The notes beneath the pieces are model-generated. The model did not search any database and was not told where the DNA came from. It saw only the letters and a program-made list of their open reading frames with translations. A stretch of DNA of 64,000 nt from Candidatus Lindowbacteria bacterium RIFCSPLOWO2_12_FULL_62_27 (GTDB lineage Bacteria; Lindowbacteria; 2-12-FULL-62-27), in assembly GCA_001784175.1 (NCBI GenBank), contig MFPR01000040.1:44955-108954 (forward strand), in the 5' to 3' direction. Below, one piece after another: positions 1 through 10,600 of this stretch. The number at the start of each line of letters is the position of its first letter. The stretch's first letter is position 1. A program made the position numbers and the translations under genes.

Positions 1-252
1 AAGACCGTCGCCGTCACCGAACTGCCGACGCACTTCGGCCCGGTTTCATACAAAATTGAATCCCGTGAGCAGTCGATCGAAGTCCGCGTGGACGGCCAAC
101 TGACAGGGGCCGACACCATCGTGTTCGCGTCGCCGCCGGCCGGGAAAGACATCGCCGCCGTCCTCGTGGACGATCAACCCTACGCCGGCTGGCGCTCCGG
201 CGAGATCGTTCTACCGCAACTTCCGGCCAAGATCGTCTTTCAACTCAAGTAG
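1..252 (+). CDS. 3' end of a truncated gene, probably the C-terminal beta-domain of a glycoside-hydrolase-like protein
   Basis: Frame 1 is open from base 1 to TAG at 250-252: KTVAVTELPTHFGPVSYKIE...LPQLPAKIVFQLK. It resembles the C-terminus of the 49978-54009 protein (ERAPTYWGSVNF...VDQLPADIQINY). Confidence 0.6.
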   Translation, partial: KTVAVTELPTHFGPVSYKIESREQSIEVRVDGQLTGADTIVFASPPAGKDIAAVLVDDQPYAGWRSGEIVLPQLPAKIVFQLK

Positions 253-3200
253 ACGCGGACGGCGTGGGATCGCCGGTCGTTCGTCAGCGGCACCCGCCCG
301 TCGTTCACGGGCCGGCCGTCCAGAAGAATCTTTGCGGCTGCCCGACGGCCACGGATCGTATTGCTCACCTCGATCCGGTACACCGTATCGCGGTACCGGT
401 ACGTCATCGAGTACCCCGGCCAGTCGGCGGGAACGCAGGGATCGACGGTGAAGGACTTGCCTTGAAGCTTCAGCCCCAGCAGCCACTCGATACCGATGCG
501 GTACATCCAGCCGGCCGAGCCCGTGTACCACGTCCATCCGCCGCGGCCGGTGTACGGCTCGACGCCGTACACGTCGGCGGCCATGACGTAAGGCTCGACT
601 TTGTAGCGCTCGACGGCCGCCGGCGATCCGGCGTGCCGGACGGGATTGATGAGATTGAATAGGGATACGGCGCGGGCGCGGTCCTTGAGCATGGCGTATG
701 CGAGGATCACCCAGGTGGAGGCATGCGAATACTGGCCGCCGTTCTCGCGCACGCCCGCGACGTATCCTTTGATATAGCCGGGATCCAGTTTGGATCGATC
801 GAAGGGCGGAGTCAAAAGAAGGATGAGCCCGCTCTTGCGGCGAATCAGATGCCGGTCCAGCGCCTTCATCGCGCGCCGCGCGCGCGCGCGGTCGGCCGCG
901 CCGGAAATCACGGCCCAGGATTGCGCGAGGGAGTCGATCCGGCACTCGTCATTGCGCGCCGCGCCCAGCGGCGTGCCGTCGTCCATGTAGGCGCGCCGGT
1001 ACCAGCCGCCGTCCCAGGCGTGGCGTTCGATCGAGCCGGCGATATCCCCGGCGGTCCGGCGAAACTCTTGCGCGCGACGGCCGTCGCCAAGCGATTCGCA
1101 CACGCGCGAGAACCGGTTCAGCACGTCGATCAGAAACCAGCCCAGCCACACGCTCTCTCCCTTGCCCCGGTGGCCCACCCGGTTCATGCCGTCGTTCCAG
1201 TCGCAGGAACCGATGAGCGGCAGACCGTGCCGGCCGAGGCGGACGCCTTTCCGGATCGATTTCAGACAATGCTCGTAGAGCGTGCCCCGCCGGGCGGAGA
1301 TTCTCGGAATGAAACAGCATTCCTGCTCGTGCTTCGGTACCGGTTTGCCTTCAACATAGGGAATTTTTTCGTTCAGCACGGAGTGATCGCCCGTCGCGGC
1401 GATGTAGTCGGAGACGACGTACGGCAAAAACAACAGATCGTCGGAACACCGCGTGCGTGGCCCCATCCCAAACGGCGGATGCCACCAGTGCTGCACGTCC
1501 CCCTCGACGAATTGCCGCGCGGCGGACCGCAGGATGTGTTCGCGAACGAGATGGGGCGCTGAATAAACGAGCGCGCGGGCGTCCTGAAGCTGATCGCGAA
1601 ACCCGAACGCGCCGCCGGATTGATAGAACGCCGACCGCGACCAGATCCTGCACGACAGGGTCTGGTACAGGAGCCAGCGGTTGAGCATGAGGTCGAGCGC
1701 ACGGTCCGGCGTGCGGACCTGCACGGCGCCGAGGACGCGGTCCCAGTGTTCCCGGGCCGCCGCGAGCGCCCGGTCGGCCGCGCCGTGTTTCCTGTATTTC
1801 CGGGCGACGGCCCGCGCCTCCCGCGCATCGCGTCCTTGGCCGAGGAGAAACACGATTTCGCGGCTTTGATTCGGCGCGAGGTCGAACACGACTTGGAGGG
1901 CGGCGCAGGGATCCTGAGGAATCCCCCTCTCCTCCTGAGGATTTCCCCTCTCCCCCCTTGGGGGGAGAGGGTTGGGGTGAGGGGGCTGGAAGGCCGCCGG
2001 CGAGCGCAGGACGCCCTGCGGCCCCAGAAACTCGGCGCGGCTGCAGGTGCCGGCGCGGGGAAACGCGGCGGCGCAGTCGAGAAACGCGACGCGCCCGGGA
2101 AACGGGCCGGCCTTTCGATTCCGCGCCATCAATATGCCGGTCCGGCGGTCCTGCCAGGACTCGACGTGCGGATGGGTTTCGGGGCGCGTCACGCCCAGGA
2201 CCCACTCGGCGTAGAGCGTAGCGGACACTTTTCGATATCGACCCGAACGGTTTTTCAAAACAAGCCTGTATATTTTGACCGGATCATTCATCGGGCAATA
2301 CAGGGACAGCCGCTGGTCCATGCCGTGGCTCGAATGCTCGAACACGGAGTATCCCTGGCCGTGGCGGATCACGTACGGCGCGCCGTCCCGGATCGGCGAG
2401 CAGGTCGTTGTCCAAACCTCGCCGGTTTCCTCGTCGCGCAGATACAGAACTTCACCGGGTGGATCGCTGACCGGATCGTTCGACCACGGCGTCAGCTTGT
2501 TCTCCCGGCTGTTCTCCGACCACGTGTATCCGGCGCCGGACTCGGAAACCTGGAACCCGAACCGCGGATTGGACACCACGTTCACCCACGGCGCCGGCGT
2601 CGTGCGGCCTTTCTCCAGCACGATGATGTATTCGCGGCCGTCGGCGCTGAACCCGCCGAGACCGTTGTATTCGACCAGCGTTTTTTTGTCCCACCCTCTC
2701 CCCCGTGTGTTCCCCCCTCTCCCCCGTAAGGGGGAGAGGGTTGGGGTGAGGGGGCTTTGAACCGGTCCCGGACTGAAATTCTCGAACGGCGCGCGATTCT
2801 TAGGAATGCGGCCGAACACGCGCGCGACCGCATCCGGATTGTGATATCGAGAAATCATTTCTAGCGCGCGCCGTCGGTCGGGCGCGGCGCCGGTGATGAA
2901 GCTCACGCGCGCCTCCGCGCCGGCCGGGATCCGAAGGATCGTCCGGAGACTCAGAATCGGATCGAGCACAGCGCCGGTCGATCCGCTCATCCGAAAGCCT
3001 TTCTCCATCGCCGCCGGATGATCGACCGTCCGGCCGCGGCCGATGAAGCGCGCGCGGTCGGTTTCGTACTGGACCCGGCCGGGCGGTTTCCCGTTTGGCC
3101 CGACGAGCGTATGAAACATCCAGATGGTTTTTTCATTTGCCGACCGGGGCCGGCGAAACGCCAGAATCGCGCTTGCGCGTTTGTCAAATTGCGTCTGGAC

Positions 3201-3656
3201 AAACAGATTGCTGAACGCCGGATGGGACAGATCCGCCGAGGCCGGCGCCAGAACCGCCTCCAGGTAGCTGGTCAGCTCGATGTCGCGAGATTCATCGGAA
3301 AGATTGCTGATCGTGACCCGCCTGATTTCCGCGCGTTCATTCGGTGTAACGACGATTTCCGTCCGCAACTCCATGAACGGATACGAACTCACATACTCGG
3401 ATTTGTCCGAAGAGAACCTGTATCGAAAAATCCCGGAAGCGGCCCGGACCGGCAGAAACGCCGCCGACACGACGGCGTTCGTCATCCTATCCCGCGCGTA
3501 AATAAACGGCCCCCACCCGTCCGTCGTCGGGTCATCCCGCCAGCGCGTCAGGTCCAGAGTCTGGCCGTGGATCGAGCAGAAGCTTTTCCCGCCGCCACCG
3601 TTCGTCAGAAGAACGGAATAGAAGCCGTTAGAAAGAATGCAGCTTTCCTTCCGCAT
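240..3656 (-). CDS. GH94 glycoside phosphorylase, like the C-terminal part of cyclic beta-1,2-glucan synthase (Cgs/NdvB/ChvB); cytoplasmic
   Basis: Motifs LSNGFYSVLLT, HPAFSNLFVQT, ETDRARFIGRGR, NGLGGFSADGREY, RSAFYQSGGAFGFRDQLQD, DWNDGMN, RENGGQYSH and GRGGWTWYTGSAGW; no signal peptide. Confidence 0.9.
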   Translation of the reverse strand: MRKESCILSNGFYSVLLTNGGGGKSFCSIHGQTLDLTRWRDDPTTDGWGPFIYARDRMTNAVVSAAFLPVRAASGIFRYRFSSDKSEYVSSYPFMELRTEIVVTPNERAEIRRVTISNLSDESRDIELTSYLEAVLAPASADLSHPAFSNLFVQTQFDKRASAILAFRRPRSANEKTIWMFHTLVGPNGKPPGRVQYETDRARFIGRGRTVDHPAAMEKGFRMSGSTGAVLDPILSLRTILRIPAGAEARVSFITGAAPDRRRALEMISRYHNPDAVARVFGRIPKNRAPFENFSPGPVQSPLTPTLSPLRGRGGNTRGRGWDKKTLVEYNGLGGFSADGREYIIVLEKGRTTPAPWVNVVSNPRFGFQVSESGAGYTWSENSRENKLTPWSNDPVSDPPGEVLYLRDEETGEVWTTTCSPIRDGAPYVIRHGQGYSVFEHSSHGMDQRLSLYCPMNDPVKIYRLVLKNRSGRYRKVSATLYAEWVLGVTRPETHPHVESWQDRRTGILMARNRKAGPFPGRVAFLDCAAAFPRAGTCSRAEFLGPQGVLRSPAAFQPPHPNPLPPRGERGNPQEERGIPQDPCAALQVVFDLAPNQSREIVFLLGQGRDAREARAVARKYRKHGAADRALAAAREHWDRVLGAVQVRTPDRALDLMLNRWLLYQTLSCRIWSRSAFYQSGGAFGFRDQLQDARALVYSAPHLVREHILRSAARQFVEGDVQHWWHPPFGMGPRTRCSDDLLFLPYVVSDYIAATGDHSVLNEKIPYVEGKPVPKHEQECCFIPRISARRGTLYEHCLKSIRKGVRLGRHGLPLIGSCDWNDGMNRVGHRGKGESVWLGWFLIDVLNRFSRVCESLGDGRRAQEFRRTAGDIAGSIERHAWDGGWYRRAYMDDGTPLGAARNDECRIDSLAQSWAVISGAADRARARRAMKALDRHLIRRKSGLILLLTPPFDRSKLDPGYIKGYVAGVRENGGQYSHASTWVILAYAMLKDRARAVSLFNLINPVRHAGSPAAVERYKVEPYVMAADVYGVEPYTGRGGWTWYTGSAGWMYRIGIEWLLGLKLQGKSFTVDPCVPADWPGYSMTYRYRDTVYRIEVSNTIRGRRAAAKILLDGRPVNDGRVPLTNDRRSHAVRVYLS
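1945..1985. repeat. REP-like palindrome (CCCTCTCCCCC-loop-GGGGGAGAGGG-TTGGGGTGAGGGG), in-frame inside GH94
   Basis: Hairpin plus conserved tail; translated on the - strand as PPHPNPLPPRGERG. Confidence 0.8.
2715..2754. repeat. Second copy of the same REP-like palindrome inside GH94
   Basis: ccctctcccccgtaagggggagagggttggggtgaggggg; translated as PLTPTLSPLRGRGG. Confidence 0.8.
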
Positions 3657-3746
3657 AGACTCTGGCCAATATCAGCATCAGCGGCAATTCGCAAGTGATT
3701 ACAAAAGTCTTGTTTTCCTTCCGCTGCGGACTTAGGATCGCCTGCG

Positions 3747-6506
3747 ATGAGACCGTACTGGGGAGGATTTGCCGCTGTGGTCTGGATCGCCGCTCTTTCG
3801 GCCGGCGGCTCGGCCGCCCGGTGGGATTTGCGGAAGGTCGGCGTGGAAATCCGCGCGTCGTCCGAGGAGAACAACGGCCAGCTCGCCGCCGCCAATGCCT
3901 TCGACGGGAACACCGGCAGCCGCTGGTCGTCCCATTTTTCCGATCCCCAGTGGATCCAGATCCGGTTCGAGAAACAGGTGCCCATCGACGAGGTGGAAGT
4001 CTGGTGGGAGGCGGCCTGCGCGTCCGATTATCGCATCGAGGTTTCGGACGACGGGAAAACCTGGACGAAGGTCCACGAAGTGTCGGGCGGCCGGGGCGGG
4101 AACGAACGCTTCGAATTCAAAGACGTGCGGGCGACGTACCTCAGACTGTACGGCGTGAAACGCGCGACCGAGTGGGGCTATTCGATCTTTGAGCTGATCG
4201 CGAGCGGCGATCTGCCCGATCCCGAGCCGGAATACGCGGGCCTCATCAAGGAACCTCCGCCGCCGCCGGTCGTCACGATTTACGACCAGCTCAAGGCCGA
4301 ACTCGATCCGATGTTTCGCGCGAAACTCGAGTCGGATCCGCCGACCGCTGAGAATCTGTCGGACGACGAGTTCCTTGACCTCATCCAGCGCCGCGCCTTT
4401 GACTATTACTGGTACGAAGTCGACCCCGAATCGCTCTTTCCGGTCGACAGCCTCACCTGGAAGACCGCGACCTCGACGGCGGCCGTCGGATTCGCGCTCG
4501 CCGCCTATGTCGTCGGCCACGAACGCGAATACCGGCCCCGGCAGGAAATCTACGCGCGTGTCGAGAAACTCGTCGATCACGTCTGGGACGACCCCGCCGA
4601 CCCCGGCGACCTCTGCATCGAGCACATGTCGGGTCACCCCTACCACTGGACGAACATCCGGACGGGCCGGTGGGAGGAAATCGAGGGCATCATCACGCAC
4701 GATTCGATGAAGCTGTTTTGCGGGATGATTCTGATCAAGCATTATTTCAAAGGCACGAAGGCCGGCGACATCGCCGAGAAATATCTCGACGCGATCGACT
4801 GGCCGTGGCTCGTGCACGGCGTGAAGAACCGGCAGTATCTGTCGAATTTCTTCACCCGCCACAGCGACCCGTCCGGACCCGGCGATGTCCTCATGTACGA
4901 TGGGATGAAGCTCGATTATCTGGTCCCGATGGGCGCAGCCAAAGGGGTGGCCGCGTATTTCTGGGACAACTGGGCCATGAGTTACCCGTGGGACGACTAC
5001 CGCGGGCATTTCTGGCGGATCCAGCGGCCCGCGATCTGGATCCACCAGTGGGACAACGTCTGGTTTGATTTTCGAAACCTGCGCGACGCGTACGCGGACT
5101 ATCACCAGAATTCCGTCGAAGCGACCCTGGCCAACCGCCAGTGGTGCATCGACAGCCGCACCTACAACGAGTCGCTCTGGGGCATCAACCCGTGCGCGGG
5201 TCCGGGACCGGCCGGCGGCGAGATCTACGGAAATTTCGGCGCGCCGCCGGACGAACTGCCGTTTCAGAACGGCAAGGGCAACGACGGTACCATCGCGCCC
5301 ACCGCCGCCCTCCCTTCCATTATTTTTACGCCGAAGGAATCCATCGCCGTCGCGCGATATCTGTACGACCGCTACCGCCGCAGCATATGGGGCCGCTACG
5401 GGTTCATGGACGCGATCAACCCCTCGAAAAACTGGGTGTCCAAAAACGTCATCGGCATCGATCAGGGGCCCATCCTCACAAACATCGAAAATTACAGGAC
5501 CGGGCTCATCTGGAAATACTTTGCGATGGAAGACATGGTCTGGCGGGGTCTCGACAAGGCCGGCTTCGTGGGCGTCATCGACAACTTCGACCCGTCCGAA
5601 CACTCTCCGCCGTACGCTGTCTGGGTCGCCGACAACCGGCGCGTCTCCATTCGAAAGCAGTCGGACGAAGTCAAAGAGGCCGAACACGCGCTGAAGGTGC
5701 AATACAAACTGGAGGAGGGCGCCTCGGCCAGTTTCGTGGCGCGGCCCGCCCGCCGGGATTTTTCGCGGTGGCGGTACCTCTCGTTCTGGCAGAAGGGCGG
5801 CCCGGACCTCGCCGTGACGCTGTCGTCCGAAACAGGCGCGGAAATCGCGCTGGATCGCGCGGCGGTGGTGGAGGCCGAAGGCGGATGGCGGAAAGTTTAT
5901 TTTTCGGTGCCGCCGGAGTTTGTCCGGGAGCCGGCGCTCGAAGTCTGGTTTTCGTTCACAGCGTCCGGCAAGGGCGAGTTTTATCTCGACGCCGTCTTCC
6001 TCACGAACGATCTCGACCGGACTCCGCAGCCGTTTTTACTCGATGATTTTGAGGCCGCCGCCCCGGCGGAGTGGGTCGTTTCGGACGGAATACGGGTTGC
6101 GAAGTCGGCGGAGAAAGCGCGAGGCGGCGCGGGCGCGCTCAAAGTCGAGGTGCGCAAGACCGGCGACGATGACAAATGGGCTCATCTGAAAATCAAGCCG
6201 CGCGTCCGCGACTGGCGCCGCTTTCATTCGGTCTCCCTCTGGGTCTACGGCCAGGCGGAGATCCTCCTGAAACTGGCCGACGCCTCCGGCCGGTCCAACG
6301 ACGCGTGGATCGCGCGTGCGCCGGCCGCCGGGCGGTGGAATCATGTCTTCTTCAACATCCAGAGAAACACCGATCCGAAGAAAGCCGTTTGGGATGGTGT
6401 CCTGTACGACAAAACCAACATCGCGGAACTCATGCTCTTCATCGAACCGGGCAAACCCCGGGCCAAAGCGGACCTCTACATCGACGATCTGGCGCTGACG
6501 GACTGA
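3747..6506 (+). CDS. Exported F5/8 (CBM32) + divergent GH144/DUF3131 glycoamylase-like domain + two CBM11-like domains
   Basis: Signal peptide; F5/8 motif AFDGNTGSRWSS...PQWIQI; GH144-type motifs DDEFLDLIQRRAFDYYW, STAAVGFAL, IWIHQWDNVWFDFR, NDGTIAPTAA, WGRYGFMDAIN and IGIDQGPILTNIENYRTGLIW. Confidence 0.8.
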   Translation: MRPYWGGFAAVVWIAALSAGGSAARWDLRKVGVEIRASSEENNGQLAAANAFDGNTGSRWSSHFSDPQWIQIRFEKQVPIDEVEVWWEAACASDYRIEVSDDGKTWTKVHEVSGGRGGNERFEFKDVRATYLRLYGVKRATEWGYSIFELIASGDLPDPEPEYAGLIKEPPPPPVVTIYDQLKAELDPMFRAKLESDPPTAENLSDDEFLDLIQRRAFDYYWYEVDPESLFPVDSLTWKTATSTAAVGFALAAYVVGHEREYRPRQEIYARVEKLVDHVWDDPADPGDLCIEHMSGHPYHWTNIRTGRWEEIEGIITHDSMKLFCGMILIKHYFKGTKAGDIAEKYLDAIDWPWLVHGVKNRQYLSNFFTRHSDPSGPGDVLMYDGMKLDYLVPMGAAKGVAAYFWDNWAMSYPWDDYRGHFWRIQRPAIWIHQWDNVWFDFRNLRDAYADYHQNSVEATLANRQWCIDSRTYNESLWGINPCAGPGPAGGEIYGNFGAPPDELPFQNGKGNDGTIAPTAALPSIIFTPKESIAVARYLYDRYRRSIWGRYGFMDAINPSKNWVSKNVIGIDQGPILTNIENYRTGLIWKYFAMEDMVWRGLDKAGFVGVIDNFDPSEHSPPYAVWVADNRRVSIRKQSDEVKEAEHALKVQYKLEEGASASFVARPARRDFSRWRYLSFWQKGGPDLAVTLSSETGAEIALDRAAVVEAEGGWRKVYFSVPPEFVREPALEVWFSFTASGKGEFYLDAVFLTNDLDRTPQPFLLDDFEAAAPAEWVVSDGIRVAKSAEKARGGAGALKVEVRKTGDDDKWAHLKIKPRVRDWRRFHSVSLWVYGQAEILLKLADASGRSNDAWIARAPAAGRWNHVFFNIQRNTDPKKAVWDGVLYDKTNIAELMLFIEPGKPRAKADLYIDDLALTD

Positions 6507-6534
6507 CCCCCCTTCATCAACCTTCGCCTTCCGA

Positions 6535-6562
6535 TTGACAAACTCGCGATCTGAAGTAAGTT
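6535..6562 (+). promoter_or_regulatory. Putative sigma-70 promoter
   Basis: TTGACA (6535-6540), 16-nt spacer, TAAGTT (6557-6562), upstream of the operon starting at 6627. Confidence 0.55.
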
Positions 6563-6569
6563 GTCGTCT

Positions 6570-6591
6570 GGGACGAAAGCGCTTTCGTCCC
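6570..6591. promoter_or_regulatory. LacI-type operator (perfect 22-bp palindrome)
   Basis: GGGACGAAAGCGCTTTCGTCCC at the predicted +1; its core GAAAGCGCTTTC matches the other sites in the window. Confidence 0.7.
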
Positions 6592-6626
6592 GGCGGTGCG
6601 ACGGGTGACAGGGGGGTTTCTCGGAC

Positions 6627-7637
6627 ATGCGCGGTCTTGCGGGACGGTTGGCGGGTTGTCTTCTTGCATCCATCGGGGTTCTCTCGTTCCCGCCCTCTCT
6701 GGCCCGCGCCGACACGCTGACCATCGCGCTCGTCAAGCTTGGCGACGTGTCCGGCTATCGCGGGGCCTGGCGGATCGACCGGCAGATCACGCGGCTTTTG
6801 TCCGAAGCGCTTCTCAGCCTGAACGGCGTGTCCCTCGCGCCGGCCTCGGACGTGTCGGAGGCGGCGCGGCAAACGATCGGCATGCCGGACGAGTCCCTTG
6901 ATCCGAAAAAACTTCTGATGATCGGCCGCGCGGTCGGCGCGGACCTGGCGGTGGGCGGGACGGTCGATAAACTGTCTCTCGAGGGCCAGGGCGTCGTCAG
7001 CTACCGGGCCGGCGGGTATGAGCGGTTCGTGGGCGAGGTGGACCTGACCCTGACGGTGATCGAGACGCGCGGCGGTTCAGCGCTTGTCAACAAGGAAAAG
7101 ATATCGATCTCCCTCGCCGACGACGATGTCGGCATCGCGATCCTGCAGGGACCCGGCAACCGGCCGACCGAGGAAACATTGTACAAAATCTGGAACGCGC
7201 CCGTCGAATCCGACCTCGTCCAGGGATCGATCATCGGCCGCGCAATGGCGCAGGCGGCGATGGAGGCGTCCTCCCGCGTCGCTCGCGCCATCTCCGGCGT
7301 GCCCGCCGGCCGGGAGGGCCGCGTGGTCCGCGTGCGCGGGCGGGACATCTATATCAGCCTGGGGTCGGAGGACGATGTGCGCGAGGGCGACGTCGTCATG
7401 ATCTGGGAGAACGTGGAGGCGGTCCGCGACCCGAAAACCTCCGTGATGCTGGGGTTCACCCGCGCGTCGGAGGGCGCCGAAGCCGAGGTCCGGGAAATCC
7501 GCGGCCGGAAACTCTCGATTTGCCGGACGGCGGAAGACCAGGAATTCCGCGAGGGCGACACGGTCCGCTTCCTCGGCGGGCGGCGCGCCGGCAAATGGGC
7601 GGGCGCGCGGCGCCGGCCTGTCCAGGAAACGGAATGA
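6627..7637 (+). CDS. Exported CsgG/TolB-N-like protein with an FlgT C-terminal-like beta domain
   Basis: Signal peptide; IGRAVGADLAVGGTV followed by GRVVRVRGRDIYISLGSEDDVREGD...AEVREIRGRKLS pattern. Confidence 0.55.
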   Translation: MRGLAGRLAGCLLASIGVLSFPPSLARADTLTIALVKLGDVSGYRGAWRIDRQITRLLSEALLSLNGVSLAPASDVSEAARQTIGMPDESLDPKKLLMIGRAVGADLAVGGTVDKLSLEGQGVVSYRAGGYERFVGEVDLTLTVIETRGGSALVNKEKISISLADDDVGIAILQGPGNRPTEETLYKIWNAPVESDLVQGSIIGRAMAQAAMEASSRVARAISGVPAGREGRVVRVRGRDIYISLGSEDDVREGDVVMIWENVEAVRDPKTSVMLGFTRASEGAEAEVREIRGRKLSICRTAEDQEFREGDTVRFLGGRRAGKWAGARRRPVQETE

Positions 7638-10600
7638 TCCTCCTTGCCGCCGGAGCCGTGCTGCTGATGATGGAAACGGCGACTTCGGCAATCCAATTCG
7701 ACCGGCGCGCGCCCGAAGGGCTGGTCGGAAACGGCCGGTCGGTGGTGAAGGTCCGGCCGGGCGGTTATGAATTTTTTTCGGGCGGGAAAGCGTCGGGCCG
7801 CATCCGGGTTATGATCGGCGGGAAACGGCGTGAGATTGGCGCGGGGGATGTGCGGCGGTCGGAATTTTTCCCGGGCGGCGTCATCTATTCATTAAATATC
7901 GACGGCGTCGATCTCGACGTCCTGCACGGCGCGCTGAAGGAGGTCGCGTATGTCGCGGCGTTCCGCACGAGGGGTACGCCGCCGCCGGATGTTCAGATCG
8001 ATCTCGAGTCGACTGAAACGCCGGCGGTGTCTCCCTCCGGGCGATTGGACCTCTCGGGCAAGGGCGGGTTTCTTGCGGTTTCCACCGGGTCAGCGCCTCC
8101 GGCGCCCCAAGTGCCGGGGTCTCCGACGCCGGCCGATCCGTCCTATTCGACGAATTCCTGGGATGACCTGCGGGCTGCCGTTGAGGCGCCGTACCTGAAA
8201 GGATTTCAGGTCCGCACGCCGTCGCCGGCCGTCGACCGGGCAGCCCGGTTCTGCCAGTTTTTGCTGGACCTCGGATTTGACGGCCGGCTTCACGTCAGCG
8301 AACTTTTCCGCTGGCGCGACATCTGGTCGCGGGATCTCGGAACGGGTCTCGCGCCGGGCTCGCTGGTCGGCGGCCGGTTCGACGCCGCGCGCATCTCCAT
8401 CCAGTATGATCTCGCGCGATACAAAGCGGCCAACCCAAGAGGCCTGCGGATCACGGAGGACGCGTCCCAGGGCGGGTCGGCCGAAGGGACCGCGTGGCTG
8501 ACACGCGCCGTATGGCGCGATTACCTTTTGAGCGGCGACCGCGCGTTTCTCGCGGAAGCCGCCGGGACGTTGCGTCCGTGGGTGCGGGCGTGGATCGACC
8601 GGGACGCCGACGAAGACGGCCTCGTGATCGACGTCACCGAATGGATGGACCACTCGCGGTTCTTTCTCTTCCCGGACGGCGCCCTCGGGCTGTATTCGAA
8701 CGCGCTGTTCGCGGACCTCCTGGGAACGTTCTCGAAAATCGAAAAGGAACTAGGAGACGAAACCGCCGCCGCCGCCCGGCTCGATGCTTTGCGGCGGAAG
8801 ACCGCCCGCGCGATCAATGACGTTCTCTGGAACGAATCGGCCGGCGCGTACGATAATCTCTCGATCTTCGGGCGAAACGATCAGCGTCTCTCGTCGGCGG
8901 AAAACGCGCTCGCGGTGCTCGCGGGCGTCGCACCGCCCGACCGCGCCCGCCGCGCGCTCCAGACGGTGCGCGACCGGAACTGGCGCAAGGCCGGGTCCGT
9001 CACGATCGCGCCGGCGATGACGCATGTGGACGACAAGAACGACCAGAACGTCCGCGTCTGGCCGTGGTGGAACGCCGTCGAAGCCCGCGCGAGGTTCCGG
9101 ACGGGCGATACGGCGGGCGCCGTGCATCTGCTCGAAAAATGCGCGGCAACGCTGGAGGACGAACACTATCCCGGTCTCATCGAGGAACTGCTGACCCCGG
9201 AGGGCGTGACGGAAGGCGGCCACGCCTTTTTGAGCGCCGCCGGCACGTTCTTGGACGCGCTGTATGAAGGATTGCTCGGGATCGAGATTCTCGAAGCGGG
9301 TTGCGCGCGCATCCGCGTGTCGCCCCACACGCCCGACTGGAAAGCGTGGGAGGCCGCCGTGCCGCTGCCGGGCGGCGATCTCTCCGTGTCTTTCGCCGAC
9401 GGCGTTCTGCGCATCCGCGTGACCGACCCGCGGGTAAAAGTGGTGGAAGCGCCGGCGTCGGCAATTGTTGAGGGAGCGACGCGCGCTGATTTCTCTGTTT
9501 CTCCTGATCCGTCCGAATCTGTTTTCTCAGAATCCAAAATCCAAAATCCAAAATCCAAAATCTCCGACCCGAAGCCCCGCCGCGCCGCGCTCTTCTCCGA
9601 GCCCGGCATCCCGCGCTCGTCCGCCGCGGGCCTGCCCAAGCAGACCATCAACGCGGAGGCGCTCTTGACACTCGACCCCGCCCGGACGCCGGCCCTCGTG
9701 ATCGCCGGCAACGCTCTGCCGCGCCGGACGAAATCCGCCGGAGATGTGCAGAACGCGCTGGCGCGGTACCTGGACGGCGGCGGCGCGATCGTGTTTTTCG
9801 GCGCGACCATGCACGACCGCGGCACGATGGGTGAACACGGCGGCGTGATCGATTGGTACGAGCATCTCCCGCAACTGAAGTACGAGCCGCTGGCCGGCTG
9901 GCGGTTCTCGATCTCGCCGGATGGCCCGGCGGCGCCGCAGGACAAGGAGCACGGTCTGGCCAAAGGCTGGCACCGGCCGGACTTTGACGATCGCGAGTGG
10001 AAACCGATCCGCGTTCCCGGCTGGTGGGAGGACCATCTCGGCCGCGCGCAGGACGGATGGGGCTGGTATCGGACGGAGTTTCTTCTGCCCGAGTCCCGAA
10101 AAGGAAAAACGGTCATTCTGGATATTGGCCGGATCGATGATGACGACTGGATATTCGTAAACGGCGTTCCGGCCGGCTCGGACAAGGGCTGGCAGACGCG
10201 GCGGCTGTACCATCTGAAACCGGGCAGTCCGGCGCACGCGGCGCTGAACTTCGGCGGCCGAAACGTCGTGGCGGTCCAAGTCCTCGATTACGGTGGCGGA
10301 GGCGGCATGCATGCGGACCCGACAAAACTGGCGGTCGAAACGGACGAGTATTCGTGGCAGCCGATCAATCCCAAGACCGGCGTCGTCAGCGAGCAACCAG
10401 TGCGGCACGGCGTCGTGTCCTGGGGGCCGGGCGGAGACTTCTTCAATTCGTGGGAAACGTCCAGAGGCGCATTCGGATTCCGGATTGAAGGACGAAATGT
10501 CTCGTTCGATCCGGAAGGCCCTCTGAAGGGCCTCGCGCCGATCGCAATGACGGTCCATGAAGCCTTCACGGATTTCGCCGTCGCCCGGCCATGGCAATTC

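Noticed and set aside
240-3656. Full cyclic beta-1,2-glucan synthase (cgs/ndvB)
   Set aside because: Only the GH94 part is present; there is no GT84 domain or membrane region, so no gene symbol is given.
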